NCBI GenBank assembly: GCA_963665665.1
Contig: OY762428.1
Span: forward strand, 3,424,001-3,488,000
Origin: Candidatus Kapaibacterium sp.
GTDB taxonomy: Bacteria; Bacteroidota; Ignavibacteria; Kapaibacteriales; UBA2268
Length of the DNA stretch: 64,000 bases
Direction of reading: 5' to 3'
Positions 53,340 to 62,453 of this stretch are shown piece after piece. The notes beneath the pieces were generated by a model. The model ran no database searches. It was not told the DNA's origin and was given only the letters and a program-made list of their open reading frames with translations. A program made the translations under genes and the position numbers. How positions within the stretch are numbered: position 1 is the first letter of the stretch; each line of letters begins with the position of its first letter.

Positions 53340-54771
53340 TGCATTTGAAATGGGTGTGTATAACCTGAGAAGGACTATACTCAGAACCATATTAACCACT
53401 GCCGGAGTGATAGTAGGCATTGGAACGCTTAGTTCCATGATTTCCTTCGGAGCCGGTATGGAAAAGAATATCGTTGAAACTTTTACAAAAAATGATCTTT
53501 TTACCAGCCTGTTCGTAACCGAGAAAAGTATTGATGTTGAAGCTGCAATGAGCGGAGATATTGAAACTGCAAAAGAAAGCCTTGAGAAAAAGTCATCACC
53601 ACTGAATGATTCCACACTTGCGATAATAAAGGATATTGACGGAGTTGAAATTGCATTTCCCGAAATTTCTTTTCCGGCCCGTATCGTGATAGGTGAAAAT
53701 GATGAAAAAGATAATATCAGGGCTTTGCCGGCTGAAATGAGCAAATATCCTCCTTTTGACGAATTGGCTTATGGAAAATTCTTTGAATCTGATGATTCGC
53801 ATGATATGATAATATCAGTTTCAGCATTAAAAGAAATGAAAATTATTCTGAAAACAGACAGGAAAAAGAAACTTGATAAGGATGAAAAGGAGGAAGGATA
53901 TACATTAATGCCTCCTGATTCTGTCCTTGGTATGAAAATTGATATTGTTACTGCAACTGTCAGAGCCAGCTCGATGGCAACAACTGCCCTGAAAGCGATA
54001 ACAGGTATGGATTACAACAAAGTGATGAAGAAGAAGCCATTTAAAAATCATGTTACAAAATTCAGGGTGTCTGGTATTCTGAAACCTGACAACAACATGG
54101 GTAGCAATCGTTTTTTTGCCGGAGCTATCATACCAATAAAGACCTCTGAATCTATACCACGTGTAAATTTCAGTAGTGTTTGGGATATACTCGGCAGTGA
54201 TTCAGAAAACAATAAATCCAAGTACCAGTCATTCTATGTCAGGGCTGAATCAATGTCCGCAATTGGCCCTGTAAGTGATAAACTGAAAGAAATGAATTTC
54301 AGCATTCTGTCTATTACCGACCAGCTTGATGAAATTAGAAACGTATTTATAGTAATTGATTCTTTCCTTGGTGCAATTGGTATAATTTCACTTTTCGTTG
54401 CTGCATTGGGAATTATGAATACAATGATTATGTCAATCCTTGAAAGAACCAGGGAAATTGGAATAATGAAAGCCATTGGCGGCGGTGAAACAGATATCAG
54501 GAAGATATTCTTCGTGGAAGCTACTATTATCGGTACAATGGGAGGCCTGTTTGGACTAATACTTGGCTGGATTGTTACTGAAATTGCAGGATTTATAATT
54601 AATAATTTCTTCAACCAGGATGGGGAAATTCCAATAGACCTGTTCGATTTTCCATTCTGGCTGATAGGCGGGGCTATCCTGTTTTCCATTGGCGTTAGTC
54701 TTGTTTCAGCCCTTTACCCAGCCTACCGCGCGGCAAAAGTTGATCCTGTTCAGGCACTTAGGCACGAATAA
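53326..54771 (+). CDS. ABC transporter permease (MacB/FtsX-like)
   Basis: RTILTTAGVIVG, ERTREIGIMKAIG, YPAYRAAKVDPVQALRHE. Confidence 0.93.
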   Translation: MKFYDAFEMGVYNLRRTILRTILTTAGVIVGIGTLSSMISFGAGMEKNIVETFTKNDLFTSLFVTEKSIDVEAAMSGDIETAKESLEKKSSPLNDSTLAIIKDIDGVEIAFPEISFPARIVIGENDEKDNIRALPAEMSKYPPFDELAYGKFFESDDSHDMIISVSALKEMKIILKTDRKKKLDKDEKEEGYTLMPPDSVLGMKIDIVTATVRASSMATTALKAITGMDYNKVMKKKPFKNHVTKFRVSGILKPDNNMGSNRFFAGAIIPIKTSESIPRVNFSSVWDILGSDSENNKSKYQSFYVRAESMSAIGPVSDKLKEMNFSILSITDQLDEIRNVFIVIDSFLGAIGIISLFVAALGIMNTMIMSILERTREIGIMKAIGGGETDIRKIFFVEATIIGTMGGLFGLILGWIVTEIAGFIINNFFNQDGEIPIDLFDFPFWLIGGAILFSIGVSLVSALYPAYRAAKVDPVQALRHE

Positions 54772-54782
54772 TGTTTGTTCTG

Positions 54783-54819
54783 GCTTAATACACTTCCCGA
54801 AAGGGGAGATGTATTAAGC
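54783..54819. terminator. Hairpin between convergent genes
   Basis: gcttaataca / tgtattaagc outer stem with inner tccc / ggga pairing. Confidence 0.6.
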
Positions 54820-54935
54820 GGATAATTGATATCCCGGCAGGGTGCAGGTTAATTGATGTGGGCAAGAACCGGTTTCGCAATAACTTGCATTAAATGATAA
54901 ATCATCAATATGATACCTGTTAATATCTGTATTAA

Positions 54936-55547
54936 TCAAAAAATTGTAATAAATTTCTTCATCATTGAATACAGCATTTCGAGCGGAAGCCCGACAATAT
55001 TGTAATAGCAGCCTTCAATTCTACTTACAAACAGCGCTCCGAAATCATCCTGTATGCCGTAGGCTCCGGCTTTGTCCATTGGCGAACCGCCGTCAATATA
55101 AGCCCAAATTTCTTTATCGTCCAGTTCCCTGAATGTTACCAGCGTGCTTTTCACATCGGCAATGCCTTTCATTTCCGGCGCGGAAACCAGAGCCACCCCG
55201 GTATGAACCGTGTGGGTATTTCCGCTAAGCGTTTTCAAAATTCTGAAAGCGTCGTCCCTGTCGGTTGGTTTGTGAAGCATTTCCCCGTCCAGGACAACTG
55301 TCGTGTCAGCGCCCATTATTATCGATGGATGTTCGATATCTTTTGCAATATGCTTTGCCTTTTCAAGCGCCAGTGTTTTAACATATTCTGCCGATTCCAG
55401 ATTGTTGTGGTTTGTTTCATCAATATGCGCCGGGATAATATCAAATTTAAATCCCAGCATTGTCAGAAGATGTTTTCTTCGGGGTGATTTTGAAGCCAGT
55501 ATAAATTTTCTGTCAAGTCCGATTAGTTTGCTTATATTTTCCTGCAT
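54936..55547 (-). CDS. maf: Maf family nucleotide pyrophosphatase
   Basis: ILASKSPRR, GADT, KP, LSG, DKAGAYGIQ, NIVGLP. Confidence 0.95.
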   Translation of the reverse strand: MQENISKLIGLDRKFILASKSPRRKHLLTMLGFKFDIIPAHIDETNHNNLESAEYVKTLALEKAKHIAKDIEHPSIIMGADTTVVLDGEMLHKPTDRDDAFRILKTLSGNTHTVHTGVALVSAPEMKGIADVKSTLVTFRELDDKEIWAYIDGGSPMDKAGAYGIQDDFGALFVSRIEGCYYNIVGLPLEMLYSMMKKFITIF

Positions 55548-55630
55548 AGTTGTTTTGTTTTTTTACAATTTGTTCAAATATTATTGTGCAAAAATCCGAA
55601 AGTCCATCAAAATATAAAAATTATCAATAT

Positions 55631-57052
55631 TTAACTTAGTATTTTCATTAAGCTGTCATTATCAAAATCATCCTTTTCGGATATGATGTCATCAGTTTTA
55701 ATAATTTTGAGTTTGCCGACAAATTTACCATTATTCAAGCGGAATTCCTTTTGGTAAATATATTTACAATTATTACTCAATTCAATTTTCAAATTGTCTT
55801 CAAGCAATTGAGATTTTAACTCGGCAAGAGTTTTATCACCAAGTAAAGCAATTATATATTTTCCTGCTGAATCAAGATATTCTATCCATCTCCTCAGGGC
55901 TTCATTAATGTTTTTACAAACGTATTGTTCAATATATGTTCCGTGACAATAATTAAATATTATCGAATAGGAACCAGGTGCTTCTACCGGAGTTGTATCA
56001 ATTTTTATACAATAAATATCTCTGTAAATATTATTTTTATCATCAAATTCAATAAATCCATACCAGATATTGTTCACTTCATTGATTCGGACCATTGCTT
56101 TCGATTCGTTTTCAATATCATCCCGGAAACTTTCTTTAATCATATTGATAACATCAGGAAATTGATTTTTTTGAATAAAATCAAATATTAGTTTATTAAT
56201 ATTTTCAGCTTCAGTTTCAATATAAATCTCATCAGAATCAACAATTAAAATTATAGCAAAGGTAGTATTCGTATCTTTTAGGGACAGATGATTGGCATGC
56301 ATCTGACTTAAATATTTTTTTCTGTTCTTTTCGTTTATTTCTTTATTGATTGTGCGTTGTTTCTTTACTTTTTCCCTCTTTGATTTGTTCCTGTCATAAG
56401 GATAATTGTAAACATCATCATCTTCAGAATATTCATTATCTGTTTTAAAAAATCTGATATTGATTTTTTCAGCAAGCTCCTTATCATGAAAATATAATTT
56501 ATATAAATGCTCGTAATTTTTTTCTTTTCCAATACTATAATTGCCCGAGGCCATTGAATCAATAAAAACGTTTTTTATTGCCGGATCAAGTTTTTTAATC
56601 GGGGCAATATCGTTTTCTAAAGTATATTCAATCCATCTTAGCGGAACTTCTGCAATATTATTACAGTAAAATTGATCAATTGGACGCCAATCAACTCCCT
56701 CGCTATCATTGATTAGGGTAAATCTGCCGGGTTCGTTGATTGAGCTAAAATCAATTTTGAAAGCATAAAATTCACCCCATGATCCTGAATTTGTCCAGCA
56801 ATTAACTATTTTCTCATCTCTTTTAGGTTTTAAATCAATATAATCCTCATCATCAATAAGCATTTTTTTATAATAGCCCAATTCAAATTTTTCTAATCCA
56901 ATACTATTCTTAGATACAAAGTCTTTGATTATAGTTATAAAAGAATCGAAAAAGGTTTTTCCTACTTGTTCCGTAACAACTGTTTCATGATAAAGATTAT
57001 CTTTTTCTTCATCAAAAATAAGATTATCAAATATATACATATACAAATTCAT
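55631..57052 (-). CDS. Hypothetical protein with internal duplication
   Basis: GGTGGA RBS-like motif; two related halves (KID...PG...C.NI.E...RWIEY...KTD). Confidence 0.7.
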   Translation of the reverse strand: MNLYMYIFDNLIFDEEKDNLYHETVVTEQVGKTFFDSFITIIKDFVSKNSIGLEKFELGYYKKMLIDDEDYIDLKPKRDEKIVNCWTNSGSWGEFYAFKIDFSSINEPGRFTLINDSEGVDWRPIDQFYCNNIAEVPLRWIEYTLENDIAPIKKLDPAIKNVFIDSMASGNYSIGKEKNYEHLYKLYFHDKELAEKINIRFFKTDNEYSEDDDVYNYPYDRNKSKREKVKKQRTINKEINEKNRKKYLSQMHANHLSLKDTNTTFAIILIVDSDEIYIETEAENINKLIFDFIQKNQFPDVINMIKESFRDDIENESKAMVRINEVNNIWYGFIEFDDKNNIYRDIYCIKIDTTPVEAPGSYSIIFNYCHGTYIEQYVCKNINEALRRWIEYLDSAGKYIIALLGDKTLAELKSQLLEDNLKIELSNNCKYIYQKEFRLNNGKFVGKLKIIKTDDIISEKDDFDNDSLMKILS

Positions 57053-57085
57053 ATTAGCTCTCCACCTCAGATTGTTTTAAAAACA

Positions 57086-57110
57086 CCTTCCCGGGAAGAA
57101 CCCGGGAAGG
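57086..57110 (-). terminator. Hairpin terminator after thrS
   Basis: ccttcccggg / cccgggaagg stem; the A-run at 57079-57083 gives a U tract on the minus strand. Confidence 0.8.
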
Positions 57111-57148
57111 AATAGATAATCAGCTTTCCGTGCAGCATTAACCACAAT

Positions 57149-59074
57149 TTACATTGCGCCGGGCACGTTCAGTTCTTTGAATGTTTCAATCATTTCGTCA
57201 AGGGATTTTACTCCAATATCGCCCTCAAGATGCTTGCGGACTGATACTGTTCCGTTTTCAACTTCGCGTTTGCCGACGATAAGAGAGAATGGTACTTTCA
57301 TCTGTTCGGATTCGGCAATCTTCCTGTTTACTTTCTCGGAGCGGACATCAACAGAAGCACGATAACCGAGACCTTTCAGCTTTTTCATGATTTCTTCAGC
57401 TGCTTCCTGCTGGTCTCCGCCAACGGGAAGAACTCTGATTTGCTCGGGTGCCAGCCAGAATGGGAAGTTTCCTGCGAAGTGTTCAATCAGTATAGACATA
57501 AACCTTTCAAGCGAGCCGAGTATAGCCCTGTGGATGATAACCGGCCTGTGAGGCGCGTTGTCTGCCCCGGTAAACTCAAGCTCAAATCTTTCCGGCATAA
57601 CGTAGTCAAGCTGTACTGTGCCAAGCTGCCATTTCCTGCCGATGGCATCTTTCAGGATGAAGTCAATCTTCGGCCCGTAGAATGCGGCTTCGCCCGGTGA
57701 AACAACATAATCCAGGTTCATATCTTCTGCCACTTCAAGAAGTTTTTGCTGTGCGTTTTCCCATACTTCCACGTTACCGCCGTACTTTTCTTCATTGTCG
57801 TCGCGGAATGAAAGCTCAGTGGAGACGCCTTCGTCAAGGTGGAATATCTTTGCCACGTCAAGAATAAACTGTACGCAGTCGCGTACTTCGTCCTTAAGTT
57901 GTTCCTCGGTGCAATAAATATGTGCATCGTCCTGAGTAAAGCTTCTTACCCTGGAAAGGCCGCTAAGCTCGCCGGACTGTTCGTAGCGGTGCACGTGCCC
58001 GAATTCAAACAGCCTTAAAGGCAGTTCGCGGTAGCTGTGCGGTTTGGTCATATATATCTGGTGGTGGTGAGGACAGTTCATCGGTTTAAGAAGGTATTCC
58101 TCATCGTCCATTGTTATCGGCGGATACTGGGAATCTTTATAGTAGGGATAATGTCCCGATGTGCGGTACATATCTAAGTTGCCGAGTACCGGAGTGATAA
58201 CTTCAGTATAATCCCTTTTCAGGTTTTCTTTTCTCATCATATCTTCGATTATCCTGCGAAGAAGGGCGCCGTTAGGCAGCCAGACAGGAAGGCCGCCACC
58301 GACAGCAGGCAATATCCGGAATAATTCAAGTTCCTTACCCAGTTTCCTGTGGTCGCGCTTTTTTGCTTCTTCCAGGAACTCAAGATATTCGTCAAGCATT
58401 TTTTTCTTAGGGAATGTGATGCCGTAAACGCGTGTCATCTGCTGGCGTTCGGAATCACCACGCCAATATGCGCCTGCTACACTAAGCAGTTTAATCGATT
58501 TAATCATTCCGGTATTAGGGATATGGCTGCCACGGCAAAGATCAATAAATCCTCCATGCTTGTAGAATGTTATTTCTTCATCCTGCAAGCCTTCAAGCAG
58601 TTCGATTTTGTATTCGTCGCCAGCTTCTTTCCAGTGCTTAATAGCATCGTCCCATGATATTTCCACGCGCTGGTATTCGGATTTCTTCTTGGCAAGCTCT
58701 TTCATTTTCTGCTCAATTTTTGGCAGGTCATCGGATGTAATCACTTTATCGCCTGTATCAACGTCATAGTAGAAACCGTGCTCGATAGCCGGGCCGATAC
58801 CGAATTTTGTGCCGGGATAAAGTTCGGCAATTGCTTCAGCCATCAGGTGGGCTGAAGAGTGCCAGTAGATTTCCTTACCTTCTTCATCGTTGAAAGTAAC
58901 AATTTTTACTTCAGCGTCTTCATTTATCGGCCTTGACAGGTCATATTTTTTACCATTTACAAATATGCCGAGTGAGTTTCTGGCCAGGCCCTCGGAAATA
59001 GACATTGCTACGTCCATTCCTGTCGAGCCGTCAGGCATATCTTTCTTTGTTCCGTCCGGAAGAGTTATAATCAT
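57149..59074 (-). CDS. thrS: Threonine--tRNA ligase
   Basis: TGS domain, HSSAHL, DLCRG.H, RDHRKLG, KPMNCP, FTQDDAH, GEAAFYGPK, HRA. Confidence 0.98.
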   Translation of the reverse strand: MIITLPDGTKKDMPDGSTGMDVAMSISEGLARNSLGIFVNGKKYDLSRPINEDAEVKIVTFNDEEGKEIYWHSSAHLMAEAIAELYPGTKFGIGPAIEHGFYYDVDTGDKVITSDDLPKIEQKMKELAKKKSEYQRVEISWDDAIKHWKEAGDEYKIELLEGLQDEEITFYKHGGFIDLCRGSHIPNTGMIKSIKLLSVAGAYWRGDSERQQMTRVYGITFPKKKMLDEYLEFLEEAKKRDHRKLGKELELFRILPAVGGGLPVWLPNGALLRRIIEDMMRKENLKRDYTEVITPVLGNLDMYRTSGHYPYYKDSQYPPITMDDEEYLLKPMNCPHHHQIYMTKPHSYRELPLRLFEFGHVHRYEQSGELSGLSRVRSFTQDDAHIYCTEEQLKDEVRDCVQFILDVAKIFHLDEGVSTELSFRDDNEEKYGGNVEVWENAQQKLLEVAEDMNLDYVVSPGEAAFYGPKIDFILKDAIGRKWQLGTVQLDYVMPERFELEFTGADNAPHRPVIIHRAILGSLERFMSILIEHFAGNFPFWLAPEQIRVLPVGGDQQEAAEEIMKKLKGLGYRASVDVRSEKVNRKIAESEQMKVPFSLIVGKREVENGTVSVRKHLEGDIGVKSLDEMIETFKELNVPGAM

Positions 59075-59124
59075 AATATAATCTAATTAATATAGTGAAA
59101 CATTTCTTTCATTTTAACAAACAA

Positions 59125-59132
59125 CAAATATA
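59125..59132 (-). promoter_or_regulatory. Bacteroidota-type -7 promoter box upstream of thrS
   Basis: TATATTTG on the minus strand about 50 bp before the ATG. Confidence 0.5.
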
Positions 59133-59234
59133 ATTCATTGTGTGATAATGAAAAAGAACGTTTTATATAAATTATTATTTAATTAAGACTAAATTGGCAA
59201 ATTATAAAATCAAAATTTTGGCATTAATACTAAA

Positions 59235-60158
59235 ATGAATAAATTGGTTTATGTTTTATCAAGCAAAGGCATAGTAATGTCAAAAAAAATTGCTATTTTA
59301 CTAATATTATTATTTTACAGCCTTGTATTAGATGCTGAAGGGGAATCAATGAGATTTGAGATAAAAAAAGCTGAAATAAACGGAGAAGAGATTGCTTATC
59401 ATGTATATTCAGAAGAAATGGCGGGCAGGCCTCTTTTAATGATTATGGGTTATGGCTGCACTATGGATATGTGGCCTTTGAAATTGATAGAAAAGCTTTC
59501 GGCTGAAAGGCCCGTAATTATATTTGATAACAGGGGTATGGGGCATTCAACAGGCAGGGGAGAGTACCTGATAGAAAATTTTGCAACTGATGCGGCAGCC
59601 CTTCTTGACTATCTTGATGTAGATAATGCTGACGTTTTTGGATGGTCGATGGGTGGCTATACTGCTCTTCAGATGGCAGTTGAATACCCACATAAAATTA
59701 AAAAACTGATTGTCCATGCTGCTATGTGCGGTGGAGAAAATGCTATTAATCCTCCTGATGAAGTTTGGAACAGCCTGACTGATATGTCAGGAACAATCGA
59801 GGAAAGAGTTGGAAGAATGTTCTCCAACCTTTTCCCCTCCGACTGGCTGAAAGAAAATCCGGATCCTTCAAAATATTTCCCGCCTGTGTTTGAACCTGTA
59901 AACGATGAAAATATTATCAAACAGGCCGGATGCTTTGATAAATGGCCCGGAGTATATGATGAACTGAAGAATATCAGGCAACAGCTTTTGCTGATAACCG
60001 GTGATTCAGATAAGGTTATACCGCCGGAAAATGCTTTAATAATTGCCGGACAGGTAAGGGGGGCTTCGGTTGTGCAAATAGCAAAAGGCGGGCACGGGGT
60101 AATGTATCAGTACCCGGATCAAATGGCAGATTATATCAATTTATTTTTAAAATACTAA
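59235..60158 (+). CDS. Alpha/beta fold hydrolase (start uncertain: 59277 or 59349 possible)
   Basis: FDNRGMG, GWSMGG nucleophile elbow, GDSD, GGH. Confidence 0.9.
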   Translation: MNKLVYVLSSKGIVMSKKIAILLILLFYSLVLDAEGESMRFEIKKAEINGEEIAYHVYSEEMAGRPLLMIMGYGCTMDMWPLKLIEKLSAERPVIIFDNRGMGHSTGRGEYLIENFATDAAALLDYLDVDNADVFGWSMGGYTALQMAVEYPHKIKKLIVHAAMCGGENAINPPDEVWNSLTDMSGTIEERVGRMFSNLFPSDWLKENPDPSKYFPPVFEPVNDENIIKQAGCFDKWPGVYDELKNIRQQLLLITGDSDKVIPPENALIIAGQVRGASVVQIAKGGHGVMYQYPDQMADYINLFLKY

Positions 60159-60169
60159 CGATCATCAAT

Positions 60170-61573
60170 ATGTTTAGAATAATTATCATTTTTTTGTTTT
60201 GTGCAATTTTTTCGATAAATGCTGCTGAACCTTATATAATCAGCGGCAGGACCGGTAATGAAATTAATTCGAAAGAAAGAGATTATTTCGGATTATTCCC
60301 GGATATCAAAGGTTTCAAAAATGCTGTATTTACAACTGACGGGAATAATAGCGTTTATGTGGATATAATGGCAGATAATAATTCTGTTGTTACCATGAAT
60401 GCTTCTGAAGCTAAGGAGCTTGGAGCTTATATTAATAATTTTGAAAATGTGAACTGCTGGAATTCCAAAGATATTATTAATCTTGATTATGACCTGTTTT
60501 CAAAATTTATCAGGGATGGTAATCACTTTATTAACCCGCAGCACTCAACTGTGCAAACATTTGACGGAAGAATAGTCAGCTCAAAAATAATATATGCGGA
60601 TTCAAGCTGGATAATTGTCTGGAAAGGGAAAGATTTTTATAATCCTGAAAATACACAAGAACAGGCGGAAATATTCCATTACAGCCAGGTACAGGCAATT
60701 TTTATTGGTGAATGGGTGTATTTTGATGGTACGCTTTCGGACTATATTGATATACTTCCGATACTTTGGGAAAGAGATTATGCAAGGGGCAAATCATTCG
60801 AAAACAATATACCTCCGGAACTTTGGGAGCCTTTTGATAAAGTCAGGAGTAAGTTGAAAGATGTAAAAACTGAAATATCAGTGAATAAGGAAAAATTTGA
60901 ATATGAATCCGGACGAGTTTATAATTTTACAATTTCCTATAATATTGAAGCAGTCAGATTAATTTTTAGTGAGCTTTATTATAAGTATAAGGATGAAGTG
61001 CCGGGGGGAGGATCCTTTTGCGGGACATTTACAGAGGTTGCAGCAGTACAGAACTTAAGTATTGGTATTAGCAGGCAGATATATGGAAGATGGCGGGGAA
61101 AGCTGGAATTTATTTATTATCCTGACAGAACCTCGTCTTTCGACAGAACACTATTAATAAGCGGTTATTCTGTTAGTCCTGAAATTGAATTTGTGGCATT
61201 TAGATATATTCCCGGTGTTCCGTCCGGAACCGAAGGGCTGGAAATTACTTTGCATGCAGGGATTGAATTTATGAATATCACTAATAATTCTGTAATCCCA
61301 TATCTTGATGGCTTTAGCGGACTGGATTGCAATCACGATGCGAAAAGGCTTGAAGGAAGTGCCGATGCTGACCTGATGGCATACCGTTTTGGTGCACATA
61401 TTGATCTGTTCCTTTCGGATAATATATCATTTTTCGTGAATAGTGAAGTAGATGTATGCGAGGAAATTGAATTGAAACCCATGGAAACTGGAAAAGGATC
61501 TTACGAATATATTGGTGATGAATATGAAATAATGCCTTTGAAATTCGGTGTAGGGCTGAAGTGGCATTTGTAA
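60170..61573 (+). CDS. Hypothetical exported protein, possible C-terminal outer-membrane barrel
   Basis: Signal peptide; C-terminal alternating pattern FGVGLKWHL. Confidence 0.7.
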   Translation: MFRIIIIFLFCAIFSINAAEPYIISGRTGNEINSKERDYFGLFPDIKGFKNAVFTTDGNNSVYVDIMADNNSVVTMNASEAKELGAYINNFENVNCWNSKDIINLDYDLFSKFIRDGNHFINPQHSTVQTFDGRIVSSKIIYADSSWIIVWKGKDFYNPENTQEQAEIFHYSQVQAIFIGEWVYFDGTLSDYIDILPILWERDYARGKSFENNIPPELWEPFDKVRSKLKDVKTEISVNKEKFEYESGRVYNFTISYNIEAVRLIFSELYYKYKDEVPGGGSFCGTFTEVAAVQNLSIGISRQIYGRWRGKLEFIYYPDRTSSFDRTLLISGYSVSPEIEFVAFRYIPGVPSGTEGLEITLHAGIEFMNITNNSVIPYLDGFSGLDCNHDAKRLEGSADADLMAYRFGAHIDLFLSDNISFFVNSEVDVCEEIELKPMETGKGSYEYIGDEYEIMPLKFGVGLKWHL

Positions 61574-61580
61574 AAAAGTA

Positions 61581-61606
61581 GTTCCTGCCATGGAAATGGC
61601 AGGAAC
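61581..61606. terminator. Hairpin between convergent genes
   Basis: gttcctgccat / atggcaggaac stem. Confidence 0.75.
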
Positions 61607-61631
61607 CTGTTTCAAAATATCAAAGCTAATA

Positions 61632-62444
61632 TCATAATTCCATTTCAATAATATTCTTGCCGAGGAAAAGGCCAATACCGTCGCCCTTGATGTTCCATAT
61701 AACATTCGTTCCGGAGGAACCGAAAAATTCCCAGTCCAGTTCGCTGTTGTATTTTGTTCGGAAATAGTCAAAAAAATCAGAATCATAGCTGATAATTCCA
61801 AGCGTATAATCTTCAAAGCCCTGAATGTTTGTAGTATCATCGGTGTAGTGCTCCTGAAATGAAAGATTAAGGTAGCCATTCAAGGTTGTATCAGAATATT
61901 TTGTCGAACTATTTGACAGATACGATACTTTATGGCCATTTCCATAATCCTTTATCAGTACCGAGGTATAAGCGCAATCTGTTTCGGGATCGATTTTTAC
62001 GAAATATTCAATCAGCCAATCGTACCAATTGTCTTCGCTTTCTGTAATTTTATAAAATATTGATTCTGTAACAGGCGTATGCGGGACGTGCGTTGATGCA
62101 TGAACTTTCATATTATCCGCGGTTATTTCCAGATGATATTCTTTCCCTGCTTCGGGTATCAATCCCTGGGCTTCATAAGTAATTATATCTTTTTTTACGA
62201 TATTATATTTGTTTTCCCCGTCTGTTATAAATCCGCTGACTGAATCCAGGGCTATCTTGTCCTGGGTGGCTTCTTCAAGCGGGGGGATTGTTTTGCTTAT
62301 GTTAATGTAATCAACAGGTTTGCCTGCTTCCAGTATGCAGCGTACAACCAGCTTTTTCTCATAGGGAAGATCATAATCATTTATGTTCTCTTCGCAGGAA
62401 ACCAGTGCCATAATAAATGTCAATATTACAAATAGGTATTTCAT
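61632..62444 (-). CDS. DUF4249-like lipoprotein
   Basis: Lipobox LVSC-EE; GKEYHLEI; NIKGDGIGLF C-terminus; directly downstream of a TonB-dependent receptor. Confidence 0.8.
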   Translation of the reverse strand: MKYLFVILTFIMALVSCEENINDYDLPYEKKLVVRCILEAGKPVDYINISKTIPPLEEATQDKIALDSVSGFITDGENKYNIVKKDIITYEAQGLIPEAGKEYHLEITADNMKVHASTHVPHTPVTESIFYKITESEDNWYDWLIEYFVKIDPETDCAYTSVLIKDYGNGHKVSYLSNSSTKYSDTTLNGYLNLSFQEHYTDDTTNIQGFEDYTLGIISYDSDFFDYFRTKYNSELDWEFFGSSGTNVIWNIKGDGIGLFLGKNIIEMEL

Positions 62445-62453
62445 TTTATTTCC

